From Bacillota bacterium (GTDB lineage Bacteria > Bacillota > Desulfitobacteriia > Desulfitobacteriales > JAJXUE01): a stretch of DNA of 63,667 nt. The stretch lies in contig JAJZPO010000005.1 of the NCBI GenBank assembly GCA_021811155.1, forward strand, positions 1 to 63,667. Reading direction: 5' to 3'. This document shows positions 37,205 to 46,365 of this stretch, piece by piece; the first letter of the stretch is position 1; every line of letters starts with the position of its first letter. Under the pieces are notes generated by a model. The model saw only the letters and a list, made by a program, of their open reading frames with translations. It was not told where the DNA came from and ran no database searches. The position numbers and the translations under genes were made by a program.

Positions 37205-37276
37205 AAAAATCACCCGCTGGGTGATATAACCAGCCAAGAATCCACTGTACAATTTTTGTATGGTGGATTTTTTTGG
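37205..37276 (+). repeat. two-hairpin module, copy 2
   Basis: ATCACCCGCTGGGTGAT, then AATCCACTGTACAA-ttt-TTGTATGGTGGATT followed by a T-run. Lies just after the surface-protein stop. Its 3' arm plus the following bases read TTGTAT-17 nt-TATAAT. Confidence 0.8.
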
Positions 37277-37299
37277 AGTATAATACGGGGAGATATTTT

Positions 37300-38709
37300 A
37301 TGAGAAAAAAAATCAGCACAATTATTGTACTAATTTTTATTATTGCGGCTTTGCGATATTCTCTTTTTTACGTTACCGCGCTTGACGCCTCTCTTAGAGT
37401 GTTTTACAGCATTCAAGGGTTATCCCTGTTTTTTGCCTATTATTATACTATAATTGGGTATATTGGTTTATTCAGACTGAAAAAAAGGCCAATAATAAAT
37501 AGGGGAAAATTCCATAGTTTTGCGGTGCTTGTGTCAGCACACAATGAGGAAAAGGTTATCGGTGATATAATTGATAATTTGGAGCAATTATACTACCCCA
37601 AAAATCTATACGACGTGTATGTGTTATGCGATAATTGTACCGACAATACTGCTGCAATCGTAAAATCAAAACGTCATGCCATAACTTTGGAACGAAATGA
37701 TCCATTGCGAGTTGGAAAAGGCTATGGCCTTGAATGGGCGTTTGATAAATTATGGGAGCTAGAAGACCGAGGTAAGAAATATGATGCGATTGTAATGTTC
37801 GATGCGGATAATCTTGTCAGTAAAAGTTTTCTTATGTTTGCGAATGATAAGTTATTAGAGGGGCATGAGGTAATTCAAGGTTACTTGGATTGTAAGAATC
37901 CAACGGATAACTGGATTACAAAAGCTTATGCATTTTCCTACTGGTCAACCAACAGGACCTTCCAATTAGCACGTGAAAATCTAGGCTTAAGCGCACAATT
38001 GGGAGGAAGCGGTGTTATCGTTACTACAAAGGTTATAAAGGAAATCGGCTGGGGATCCACCTCCTTAACCGAGGACTTGGAATTTACACAGCGCTATATT
38101 TTAGAAACTGGAAAACGTGTAGCATGGGCTCATGATGCCAAGGTTTATGATGAAAAGCCAACAGGAATTAGAGCATCGTGGAAACAACGGGTCCGCTGGA
38201 TGTCTGGTCATGCTGACTGTATGGTAAGATATTTTCCCCGAATGCTCAAAGAAGCCATAAGAAAAGGAAGTTTACTGCACCTTGATGGAGCAATTTATTT
38301 AGTCCAACCATCTCGAATAGTTATTTCATCGGTGCTGTTATTTGCCGTGGCAATTTCATTTATTCCAGCGCCAGGAGCTTATAAGTTTCTTCTCTATGGA
38401 AGATTAACATTTCTAAACCGTTGGGTGGCTTTGGCGGGTATGTTAGGCTATTATTCTCTTCCGTTTGTTGGGCTTATTCTTGAAGGAAAGGCAAAGGCTA
38501 TTTGGTGGACTGTTGGCACTTATATCTACAGTTTAACTTGGATGCCGATAACCTTATTAGGGATTGTTAGAAGAAAGGAAAAAAACTGGGCACATACTCA
38601 ACATGCGCGCAGCATGTCTATCAATGATTTGACATTAAAGTCATCAGATATAATCGCGATGGAGGAAGCATATCGTTGCCTGGAACAAGCAGCTGCGGCT
38701 AAAGAATAG
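37300..38709 (+). CDS. membrane-embedded processive family-2 glycosyltransferase (synthase type)
   Basis: N-terminal and C-terminal TM helices flank a GT2 core with D/DxD/D and QxxRW motifs (SAHNEE, CDNCTDN, FDADN, TEDLE, QRVRW). ATG 37300 is preceded by GGGGAG. Confidence 0.85.
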   Translation: MRKKISTIIVLIFIIAALRYSLFYVTALDASLRVFYSIQGLSLFFAYYYTIIGYIGLFRLKKRPIINRGKFHSFAVLVSAHNEEKVIGDIIDNLEQLYYPKNLYDVYVLCDNCTDNTAAIVKSKRHAITLERNDPLRVGKGYGLEWAFDKLWELEDRGKKYDAIVMFDADNLVSKSFLMFANDKLLEGHEVIQGYLDCKNPTDNWITKAYAFSYWSTNRTFQLARENLGLSAQLGGSGVIVTTKVIKEIGWGSTSLTEDLEFTQRYILETGKRVAWAHDAKVYDEKPTGIRASWKQRVRWMSGHADCMVRYFPRMLKEAIRKGSLLHLDGAIYLVQPSRIVISSVLLFAVAISFIPAPGAYKFLLYGRLTFLNRWVALAGMLGYYSLPFVGLILEGKAKAIWWTVGTYIYSLTWMPITLLGIVRRKEKNWAHTQHARSMSINDLTLKSSDIIAMEEAYRCLEQAAAAKE

Positions 38710-38798
38710 GGAAATTTGATACTGACGAACTTCATTTTCCCGTGGACTTTTTGTCATTTTTTCCTTCCTTTACCCTGGTGCGTCACTCTGCACAGGTT

Positions 38799-39884
38799 TT
38801 AAAAAACCAACATCGCCACAGCGCCTGTGATGATGCCGCACAAAGCTACCGCGCCGGCAACAAGCATCAGCACCCGCGTCGGGAAACTGCGTTTTATCAT
38901 GAGCAGCGAGGGCAGGCTCACAGCTGGAAGGGTCATGAGCAGGGCCGCTCCCGGACCTGCACCGAGGCCAAAGGCCATCATCGACTGAACAATCGGTATT
39001 TCTGCAGCAGTGGGGATGACAAATAATGTTCCAGCGATCGCAAGCCCGATTAACACCAAAATACTGCTGCCCAATGCGGGATTGATTTCCGGGAAAAGCC
39101 AGGCGCGCACAGCCCCAAGTATTGCCACCACTATAAAGTAGGCAGGGATGGTATCAAGGATCAAAGGGCCCAGGGCGCGCAGCCAGCGTACAAACAAGTT
39201 TCCTTGTTCAACTTCAGAGCTCTGCGCCGGCATAATATCCTCAGGTATATCCTGCTCTTTGCTAAAGCGGTTGGCCAGGTAACCAATTCCCAGCACCATG
39301 ATTACTCCGGCAATAATACGCATGAGGGCAAATTTCCAGGACAGCACAAATCCCATGAAAACAATGGTTGCCGGATTTAGTACCGGGTTGGAGATCCAGT
39401 AGGACAGGGCGGCTCCAGCAGAGGCCTTGCCTTTGCGCAAACCCACCACCACTGGGGCGGAACAGCAGGTACACATCATCGAGGGTATGCCCATAACAGC
39501 AGCGAGGGCTGTATTTGAAAAACCTGTACGGCCAAGGGCCTTTTGAATCCAGTTCGAAGGTAATAGCACTTGCACCAAGGAGCCCAGCAGAAGTCCTAGG
39601 ACCACGGCTTGCCAAACTGCTTTAAAGTAACTGACCGCATAAGACCAAGCGGCAGACCATGATGGGACCGGCGGCGCGGCTGCCTTACCTGAAATAAATG
39701 ATACGCCGATCGAATGCTGGCTGGCTGCCACAAAGGCTTTGTGATAATATGGGTTCCATTTTACATACCATACGCCCACAACGAAAACCACTGCAAACAA
39801 AAGAATATAGGGAAGATAGGCGCGATCCCCCTCCCGGCCTTTTTGTGTACTTGAAGATCCCGGGGTTACAACGTTTTGATTCAC
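38799..39884 (-). CDS. ArsP/DUF318-type permease
   Basis: 361 aa, polytopic, with the cysteine motif MMCTCCSAPV typical of this permease family. GTG start with GAGAGGAG RBS. Confidence 0.7.
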   Translation of the reverse strand: MNQNVVTPGSSSTQKGREGDRAYLPYILLFAVVFVVGVWYVKWNPYYHKAFVAASQHSIGVSFISGKAAAPPVPSWSAAWSYAVSYFKAVWQAVVLGLLLGSLVQVLLPSNWIQKALGRTGFSNTALAAVMGIPSMMCTCCSAPVVVGLRKGKASAGAALSYWISNPVLNPATIVFMGFVLSWKFALMRIIAGVIMVLGIGYLANRFSKEQDIPEDIMPAQSSEVEQGNLFVRWLRALGPLILDTIPAYFIVVAILGAVRAWLFPEINPALGSSILVLIGLAIAGTLFVIPTAAEIPIVQSMMAFGLGAGPGAALLMTLPAVSLPSLLMIKRSFPTRVLMLVAGAVALCGIITGAVAMLVF

Positions 39885-40063
39885 TTGCCTTTTCTCCTCT
39901 CGTTTTTGTCAGTTCCTGTGAAGTAAAGAAACATTTCATAAGTTTCAGTTATATATACAATATAATTATATTATACTACGATTGCCAAGTTTGCACTACC
40001 CTCCTGCCACAATACCAGACTTTTTGAGCCGGCAGTACTCTGAGCATGCCGGGCATACAACAC

Positions 40064-40095
40064 AAAAACGTCAGCGCTGTCTGCTGACGTTTTTT
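40064..40095 (-). terminator. intrinsic (bidirectional) terminator after truA
   Basis: AAAAACGTCAGC-gctgtct-GCTGACGTTTTT, 6 nt after the truA stop. Confidence 0.8.
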
Positions 40096-40101
40096 AACAA
40101 A

Positions 40102-40842
40102 TCAATATTCAACGTGCATGAGGCAAAGTCCTTGGGGCGGCGCCGTGACTCCACCTGTAGTCCGGTCGTGGGATCCGATTATGCCCGGGATATCCGCCGG
40201 GTAGATCTTTCCCTTACCCACCTCCACCAAGGTGCCGCTGATTATTCTGACCATATTGTACAGGAATCCGTCGGCCTCGCAGGTAATCCGGATTAGCGGT
40301 CCCTCTCGCAGAACTTCACACTTGGTAAGGCTTCTGACAAAGTTTTTTACCGGGCTCCCTGCAGCACAGAATGCTCGAAAGTCCTTCCTTCCTTCCATCA
40401 GCAGCGCTGCTTCTTGCATAGCCGGAAAGTCCAGCCGTTGCGGCACGTGGTAGGTAAAGCGACGGTTGAAAACAGAGGAGACGGGCTGGTTGTAAAGGCT
40501 GTAGCAGTAGCGCTTCCATCTGGCTGAAAACCTGGCATTAAATTCAGGCGGAACAATTTCGGCCTGCTTTACCCGGATGTCGTAGGGAAGTAGGCTGTTT
40601 AAAGCTTTAGGGAGCTTGTCCATAGGAATCTTTGTGTCGGATGTAAAGTTTATCACCTGTCCTAAAGCATGGACTCCGGCATCGGTTCTTCCGGCCATAA
40701 TCAGCTTTACACTTTGGTTGGTAAGCCTGGCCAATCTGTCTTCCAATATTCCCTGGATAGTTGGTCCGTGAAACATGGGCTGGCGTTGAAAACCATGGTA
40801 GTCTGTCCCATCGTATTCCAACACAAGTTTGATGTTGAACAT
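40102..40842 (-). CDS. truA: tRNA pseudouridine(38-40) synthase
   Basis: MFNIKLVLEYDGTDYHGFQRQ and GRTDAGVHA catalytic motif. Confidence 0.95.
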   Translation of the reverse strand: MFNIKLVLEYDGTDYHGFQRQPMFHGPTIQGILEDRLARLTNQSVKLIMAGRTDAGVHALGQVINFTSDTKIPMDKLPKALNSLLPYDIRVKQAEIVPPEFNARFSARWKRYCYSLYNQPVSSVFNRRFTYHVPQRLDFPAMQEAALLMEGRKDFRAFCAAGSPVKNFVRSLTKCEVLREGPLIRITCEADGFLYNMVRIISGTLVEVGKGKIYPADIPGIIGSHDRTTGGVTAPPQGLCLMHVEY

Positions 40843-40844
40843 GC

Positions 40845-41648
40845 TTACCTCCCAAACAACCGTACCCCTAACACAAACAGCAGGATGCAGGTGACCGCGG
40901 TCAGGACTAGATAGTCCGGCACAGTCAGGCGCATCTCACGGAAGCGGGTCCTGCCGTCTCCTCCCCGGTAGCAGCGCACTTCCATGGCCAGGGCCAGGTC
41001 ATCCGCCCGCCTGAAGGCCCCGATCAGCAGGGGAATGAGCAGGGGCATGAAGCCCCGTGCGCGTTTCAGGGGTCCTCCCCTGCCGAGGTCAGCTCCCCTG
41101 GCCTGCAAGGCTTTTACCAGACGGTCCCCTTCCTCCATGATGGCAGGGACGAACCGGATGGCAATGGTCATCATCAGAGCCACTTCGTGGCCGGGAAAGC
41201 CCAGCCTGGCTAAAGGCTTGAACAGCCTTTCCAGCCGGTCCGTCAGGTCCACCGGCGATGTGGTAAATGTGAAGACCCCCGTAACCAATACCGTCAGGGC
41301 CAGGCGGGAAGCCATAAAAAGGCCTGCATCAAGGCCCTCTGAACTTAGTACAACAGGTCCCAGCCTAGCCAGTGGCTTCCCGGGGAAGGTCAGGGAGTTA
41401 ATAACCAGTGTAACCAGGAAGATCGGCCACAGGGCTTTGATGCTGGTCAGGTAGTGTTTCAGGGGCACCCCAGCCAGGGCAATTATACCTGCTAGAAGCA
41501 GGACTACGGCCAACAAGCCGGGCCAGCCGGCTGGAAGAAAAACCAGCAAGATCAGGACCGCAGTCCCCCACAGTTTCGTTCCCGGGTCAAGTTTGTGGAC
41601 GAAGGAGTTACCGGGCATGAACTGGCCAAGCCGCAAGTCTTTAAACAT
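40845..41648 (-). CDS. ecfT: ECF transporter transmembrane (T) component
   Basis: 267 aa, CbiQ family (FVHKLDPGTKL, ARG..L motifs), located after two EcfA genes. Confidence 0.9.
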   Translation of the reverse strand: MFKDLRLGQFMPGNSFVHKLDPGTKLWGTAVLILLVFLPAGWPGLLAVVLLLAGIIALAGVPLKHYLTSIKALWPIFLVTLVINSLTFPGKPLARLGPVVLSSEGLDAGLFMASRLALTVLVTGVFTFTTSPVDLTDRLERLFKPLARLGFPGHEVALMMTIAIRFVPAIMEEGDRLVKALQARGADLGRGGPLKRARGFMPLLIPLLIGAFRRADDLALAMEVRCYRGGDGRTRFREMRLTVPDYLVLTAVTCILLFVLGVRLFGR

Positions 41649-41650
41649 TT

Positions 41651-42481
41651 CTACTTCCCCCTGGCCAAAATAGCGCTGACTGCTTCCGCCTCGCTCAGCA
41701 CCGGCATCCCCTTAGATTTAAGCCCCAGCAGTTTCCCCAGCCGAACCGCCTCCGGGGGCTCCAGATCCCAGCTTTCCAGATCAGGGCTGGTCAGAACCTC
41801 CCTAACACTCCCCTTGTCCGCTACCCTGCCATCCTTAAGTACCACTGCCTGACGTGCAATATCGGCAACTTCGTCCAGGTCATGAGAAACCATTACCATG
41901 GCGGTACCCTGCCTGTTCAGGTCATTGAGAAGCGAGAGTAAATTTGCCCTGGTGCCCGGATCCAGTCCTGACGTGGGCTCATCCAGCAGCAGTACCCTTG
42001 GTTGCATGGCCAGTACGCCGGCCAGTGCAACTTTTCTCTTTTCTCCCCCGCTAAGGCTAAAAGGAGAACGGTCTTTGACAGAGGGAGCCAGCCTCACCAT
42101 CTCCAGCGCCCGGGTAACGGCCTGAGCCAGTGCCCTGCCACGCAAACCGTGGTTTAGCGGAGCATACGCCACGTCCTCGTAGACAGTCTGGCCAAAGAAG
42201 TTAGTTTCGGCAAATTGAAACAAAAGACCTACGTCTCGCCGCAACCTGCTTAGATCAAAACCCTTGGCGTGGATATCCCCGCCCATATATAGCACACGGC
42301 CTGCTGCAGGCCGCAGCAGGCCGTCAAGGTGCAGCAGCACAGTCGATTTGCCAGAACCGGATGGGCCGACCAGGGCAATAGAATCGCCTTCACTCACCGT
42401 TAAGTCAATGCCGTTAAGTGCAGCCTTGTTTGCCCCCAGTTCTGCATATTTGAAGTAGACACCCCTCAGTTCTAAGAGCAT
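41651..42481 (-). CDS. ecfA2: ECF transporter ATPase component A'
   Basis: ABC ATPase (GPSGSGKST, LSGGEKRKVALAG, LLLDEPTSGLD). Start trimmed to ATG 42481 (MLLELRGVYFKY), overlapping the ecfA1 stop by 10 nt. Confidence 0.9.
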   Translation of the reverse strand: MLLELRGVYFKYAELGANKAALNGIDLTVSEGDSIALVGPSGSGKSTVLLHLDGLLRPAAGRVLYMGGDIHAKGFDLSRLRRDVGLLFQFAETNFFGQTVYEDVAYAPLNHGLRGRALAQAVTRALEMVRLAPSVKDRSPFSLSGGEKRKVALAGVLAMQPRVLLLDEPTSGLDPGTRANLLSLLNDLNRQGTAMVMVSHDLDEVADIARQAVVLKDGRVADKGSVREVLTSPDLESWDLEPPEAVRLGKLLGLKSKGMPVLSEAEAVSAILARGK

Positions 42482-43338
42482 AAAGCATCGACCAGCTCCT
42501 CCACCGTCAAAATGCCAGGCGGCAGATTCCAGCCTTGTTCTTTCAAAGCGTGGGCTACCCTGACCGCAAATGGTGTACCCAGCCCCCACGATGTTAGAGC
42601 TTCACTGGCGGAAAAAACCTGGGAAGGTGTCCCCTCTCGCACTAATTTGCCGTTCACCAGTACCGCAATCCTATCCGCCAGGGCTGCCTCCTTCATGTGA
42701 TGCGTTATCATGACTACCCCAACCCCACTGGCCTTGAGGCGCAGGGCTATAGTTAGCAGTTGCTTCCGACCAGTTGGATCCAACATGGATGTGGCTTCAT
42801 CCAACACCAGGTAGTTTGGCTGCATCGCCAAAACCCCAGCAATGGCCACACGCTGCTTCTGACCGCCGGACAGGCGATTAGGGGGCCACCCTGCGTATTC
42901 GCTCATCCCTACCTGTTGCAGTGCCTGCCCGATCCTGCGCCTTATCTCCGAGGGCTCCACGCCCAGGTTTTCCGGGCCAAAGGCTACGTCATCCTCTACC
43001 GTGGGTGCGACCATTTGATTGTCCGGATTTTGCAGGATCAGCCCGACTCTCCGCCGCACTTCCCACACCAAGTCTTCCGCGGTGGTTTCCAGGCCCTCTA
43101 CCGTAACCTTCCCCTGGGTAGGCAGTATCATGCCGTTGAGCAATTTCGCCAAGGTAGACTTCCCCGACCCATTAGGCCCAATTACAGCCACTAACTCCCC
43201 CCGACGAATGCTCAGATCAATATCCTCCAGCACCGCCTCCTCTCTCTCCGGATAGCGGTACCCCACCTTCTCCAGCCTGATCAAACCCCCACCCCCCAAT
43301 TTAACCCCACAAAATCCCGGGGCATTCTCTGTGGACAT
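42472..43338 (-). CDS. ecfA1: ECF transporter ATPase component A
   Basis: ABC ATPase (GPNGSGKST, LSGGQKQRVAIAG, LVLDEATSMLD). Start uncertain: ATG 43338 or TTG 43284. The longest ORF starts at 43377. Confidence 0.88.
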   Translation of the reverse strand: MSTENAPGFCGVKLGGGGLIRLEKVGYRYPEREEAVLEDIDLSIRRGELVAVIGPNGSGKSTLAKLLNGMILPTQGKVTVEGLETTAEDLVWEVRRRVGLILQNPDNQMVAPTVEDDVAFGPENLGVEPSEIRRRIGQALQQVGMSEYAGWPPNRLSGGQKQRVAIAGVLAMQPNYLVLDEATSMLDPTGRKQLLTIALRLKASGVGVVMITHHMKEAALADRIAVLVNGKLVREGTPSQVFSASEALTSWGLGTPFAVRVAHALKEQGWNLPPGILTVEELVDALCS

Positions 43339-43394
43339 GATTTTGCGGGGACCCCATGTAAGTCCAAGCCCTGGCAAAGGAAACAGTCCCTGGG

Positions 43395-43473
43395 GAGTGT
43401 CAAGGGGACTGTCCCTTTGACACTCCGAGTTGCCGCTTGAAAAACAGTGTCAAGGGGACTGTCCCCCTGACAC
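43395..43473. repeat. two full copies of the GTGTCAAGGGGAC palindrome plus a partial third copy
   Basis: GAGTGTCAAGGGGACTGTCCCTTTGACACTC (43395-43425) and GTGTCAAGGGGACTGTCCCCCTGACAC (43447-43473), then CCCTGACACCCC (43480-43490). Confidence 0.85.
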
Positions 43474-43511
43474 CCCTCCCCCTGACACCCCCCGATATTC
43501 CCCCTAACGCA

Positions 43512-43561
43512 AAAGGTCAGGTTCCACCCTGCGGGTCCGCAGCGGTTGGAGCCTGACCTTT
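43512..43561 (-). terminator. intrinsic terminator after rplQ
   Basis: Long stem AAAGGTCAGG...CCTGACCTTT, followed on the minus strand by TTTTGCGTT. Confidence 0.7.
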
Positions 43562-43581
43562 AAGCCGGGACTCATGCCGGG

Positions 43582-43920
43582 CTACACCAATTCCACCAAA
43601 ACCATGGAGGCAGCATCGCCGCGGCGGACGCCCAGTTTCACAATCCGGGTATATCCTCCCTGGCGGTCAGCGTACTTCGGAGCAATCTTGTCAAACAGCT
43701 CGATTACCACTGCCTCGTCCATGAGGTAGGAAAGCGCCATCCGTTTGGCATGGAGGTCTCCGCGCTTGCCCAGGGTAATCATCTTTTCCGCAATCCGGTT
43801 CAGTTCTTTCGCCTTGGGTTCAGTGGTCTGAATCCTGCCGTGCTTGAGCAGGGAAGTCACAATACTGCGGAGCATAGCCCGGCGGTTGCCGGAGTTGCGG
43901 TTCAACTTACGGTAAGCCAA
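43582..43920 (-). CDS. rplQ: 50S ribosomal protein L17
   Basis: [33 protein letters not shown]. Confidence 0.97.
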   Translation of the reverse strand: MAYRKLNRNSGNRRAMLRSIVTSLLKHGRIQTTEPKAKELNRIAEKMITLGKRGDLHAKRMALSYLMDEAVVIELFDKIAPKYADRQGGYTRIVKLGVRRGDAASMVLVELV

Positions 43921-43943
43921 CCTAATCCCTCCTTTGCTGTGGA

Positions 43944-44891
43944 TTAATCTTCAGATTTCTTGAAGGACAGCCCAAGTTCCTTGAGCTTCTGTTCAACTTC
44001 TTCCAGGGACTTGCGGCCAAGGTTGCGCACCTTAATCATGTCCTCTTCAGTCTTTTGGATCAATTCCTGAACAGTATTGATGCCTGCGCGCTTAAGACAA
44101 TTATAGGAACGCACGGACAAGTCCAGTTCTTCGATAGTCATCTCCAAAATCTTGTCCTTGGCCTCTTCTTCTTTTTCCACCATAATCTCAACATTGTTGA
44201 TTTTTTCCGTAAGGCCGATAAAAAGCCTGAGGTGCTCGCTCAAGATTTTGGCGGAGAGGCTCGTCGCTTCATCAGGTGATATACTGCCGTCAGTCCAGAC
44301 TTCCAGAACCAATTTGTCGTAGTCGGTAATCTGACCAACCCGGGTGTCCTGAACGGTATAATTCACTTTATAGACCGGCGAAAATATGGAATCAACCGGG
44401 ATTACTCCGATCACGTGGTCGGGTCGTTTATTCTTGTCGGCTACAGTGTAACCCCGTCCCCGCTCCGCGGTCAGCTCGGCAAAAAAACGTCCGTTCCGGT
44501 CCAGGGTTGCGATCATCAGCTCGGGATTGAGGATTTCCACATCGGCGTCAGTAATGATGTCCCCTGCGGTAACCACTCCCTCGCCCTCGGCTTCGATGCG
44601 CAGGATCCTTGGTTCATCAGTGTACATTTTCAGCGCCAGAGCCTTCAGGTTGAGAATAATATCGGCAGTGTCCTCTTTTACTCCCTGGATCGTGGAAAAT
44701 TCATGCAGTACCCCGTCAATCTTGATTGAGGTAACAGCTGCTCCAGGCAAAGAGGACAGCAGGATCCTTCTTAAGGAGTTACCAAGGGTTATGCCGTAAC
44801 CTCTCTCCAGAGGCTCAACCACAAACCTGCCATAGGTGTTGTCCTCATTGCGTTCTACACATTCAATTTTGGGCTTCTCAATTTCCAGCAT
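43944..44891 (-). CDS. rpoA: DNA-directed RNA polymerase alpha subunit
   Basis: [13 protein letters not shown]... from ATG 44891, with AAGGAGGG upstream. The C-terminal domain motif [17 protein letters not shown] is present. Confidence 0.97.
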   Translation of the reverse strand: MLEIEKPKIECVERNEDNTYGRFVVEPLERGYGITLGNSLRRILLSSLPGAAVTSIKIDGVLHEFSTIQGVKEDTADIILNLKALALKMYTDEPRILRIEAEGEGVVTAGDIITDADVEILNPELMIATLDRNGRFFAELTAERGRGYTVADKNKRPDHVIGVIPVDSIFSPVYKVNYTVQDTRVGQITDYDKLVLEVWTDGSISPDEATSLSAKILSEHLRLFIGLTEKINNVEIMVEKEEEAKDKILEMTIEELDLSVRSYNCLKRAGINTVQELIQKTEEDMIKVRNLGRKSLEEVEQKLKELGLSFKKSED

Positions 44892-44949
44892 GGAAAAACT
44901 CACCCTCCTTAACGAAACTCACGAAACCCTTAACCTCCACCGGCTAAAA

Positions 44950-45573
44950 TTAGCGCGAGTATTTCTCTACGATGAGGTGTTCCTGAACGGGCACATCGAT
45001 GTCTTCGCGGGCAGGAAGGGCGGTAACGGTACCACTCAGGGCGGTAGCATCAAAGCTTAACCATGCCGGAATAGCCTTGGGACCTCTGGTTTCAATCAGT
45101 TCTTTAATCCTGGCGTTTTTGCTTTCCTCGCGCAGGCTTACAGTTTGGCCAACCTTCATTAGGTAAGAAGGAATGTTAACCTTATGCCCGTTAACGTCAA
45201 AATGGCCATGACGGACCATCTGCCGGGCTTCAGCCCTTGAAGCGGCAAAACCCAGCCGGTACACTACATTGTCCAAACGCCGTTCCAAGAGGCGGAGCAG
45301 GTTTTCACCTGTCATGCCCTTTTGGCGGTTGGCTTCCTCAAAATAACCCCTGAACTGGCCTTCAAGTACGCCATAAATGCGGCGGGCCTTCTGTTTTTCC
45401 CGCAGCTGAATCCCGTACTCGGTGGGTTTCTTACGCCCTTGGCCGTGTTGGCCGGGAGCATAGGCCCGGCGGTCGATGGCGCATTTGCCTGTATAGCAGC
45501 GATCGCCCTTCAAATATAGTTTGATACCCTCCCGGCGGCAAAGCCTGCACACGGGTCCTGTATATCTTGCCAT
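44950..45573 (-). CDS. rpsD: 30S ribosomal protein S4
   Basis: [26 protein letters not shown]. Confidence 0.97.
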   Translation of the reverse strand: MARYTGPVCRLCRREGIKLYLKGDRCYTGKCAIDRRAYAPGQHGQGRKKPTEYGIQLREKQKARRIYGVLEGQFRGYFEEANRQKGMTGENLLRLLERRLDNVVYRLGFAASRAEARQMVRHGHFDVNGHKVNIPSYLMKVGQTVSLREESKNARIKELIETRGPKAIPAWLSFDATALSGTVTALPAREDIDVPVQEHLIVEKYSR

Positions 45574-45584
45574 GGAAACACCTC

Positions 45585-45974
45585 CTAAACTCTTCTGCGC
45601 TTGGGCGGACGGCAGCCGTTATGAGGAATGGGGGTTACATCCTTAATCATGTTGACCTCCAGCCCTGCAGCCTGCAAAGACCGGATTGCCGCTTCCCGTC
45701 CGGCGCCAGGGCCTTTGACAAAACACTCCACTTCTCTGAGGCCGTGTTCCATGGCTTCCTTGGCTGCAGTTTCTGCAGCCATTTGGGCAGCATAGGGTGT
45801 GCTCTTGCGGGAGCCTTTGAAGCCCATGGCCCCTGCGCTGGCCCAGGAAAGAGCATTGCCTGTCCGGTCGGTGATAGTGACGATGGTATTATTGAAGGTG
45901 GACCGGATATGCGCCACACCAGACTCAATGTTCTTGCGTTCTTTGCGTTTTGTCCGGGTAACTTTTCGTGCCAT
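45585..45974 (-). CDS. rpsK: 30S ribosomal protein S11
   Basis: [18 protein letters not shown]...[16 protein letters not shown]. Confidence 0.97.
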   Translation of the reverse strand: MARKVTRTKRKERKNIESGVAHIRSTFNNTIVTITDRTGNALSWASAGAMGFKGSRKSTPYAAQMAAETAAKEAMEHGLREVECFVKGPGAGREAAIRSLQAAGLEVNMIKDVTPIPHNGCRPPKRRRV

Positions 45975-45993
45975 TTACTGCAAACCCCCTTTA

Positions 45994-46365
45994 CTACTTC
46001 TTGCGCCGTGCGCCCACGGTTTTGGCGGGACCCTTGCGGGTGCGGGCATTGGTTTTAGTCCGCTGTCCCCTGACAGGCAGTCCCCGGCGGTGACGCAGGC
46101 CCCTGTAGCAGCCGATTTCCATCAGCCGCTTGATGTTCAGGGACACCTCCCGCCGCAGGTCGCCCTCAACGTTATAATTCTTGTCGATGATTTCCCGCAG
46201 ACGGTTGATTTCTTCTTCGGTCAGGTCCCTGACACGGGTATCAGGATTCACGCCGCTGCCGGCCAGAATCTTCTGCGCACTGGGCCGTCCTAAACCGTAA
46301 ATGTAAGTCAGGGCAATTTCAACCCGTTTTTCCCGGGGCAGGTCAACTCCTGCAATACGTGCCAT
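45994..46365 (-). CDS. rpsM: 30S ribosomal protein S13
   Basis: [24 protein letters not shown]. Confidence 0.97.
   Translation of the reverse strand: MARIAGVDLPREKRVEIALTYIYGLGRPSAQKILAGSGVNPDTRVRDLTEEEINRLREIIDKNYNVEGDLRREVSLNIKRLMEIGCYRGLRHRRGLPVRGQRTKTNARTRKGPAKTVGARRKK

Larger units (their letters stand above)
29931..40063. other. accessory gene island inserted between the rplM leader and the truA terminator
   Basis: Five genes of mixed orientation and visibly mixed base composition interrupt the otherwise conserved truA-rplM-rpsI order. Borders are approximate. Confidence 0.7.

Noticed and set aside
37279-37284. TATAAT 16 nt upstream of the GT2 start as a proven promoter
   Set aside because: A TTGTAT-17-TATAAT arrangement exists. 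It would give a leader of only about 9 nt that truncates the GGGGAG RBS. It cannot be judged without TSS data, so it is mentioned only inside the repeat-module finding.
29931-40063. The island as a prophage, ICE or transposon
   Set aside because: No integrase, recombinase, transposase, phage structural gene or conjugation gene was seen. I also found no terminal direct or inverted repeats at the borders by eye. It is reported only as an accessory island of unknown origin.
43395-43490. Possible CRISPR array suggested by tandem GTGTCAAGGGGAC palindromes
   Set aside because: There are only two full copies plus a fragment. The spacing is irregular (about 20 nt, then about 6 nt). Another copy lies 15 kb away, and no cas genes are present. 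This is a dispersed palindromic repeat family and not a CRISPR array.
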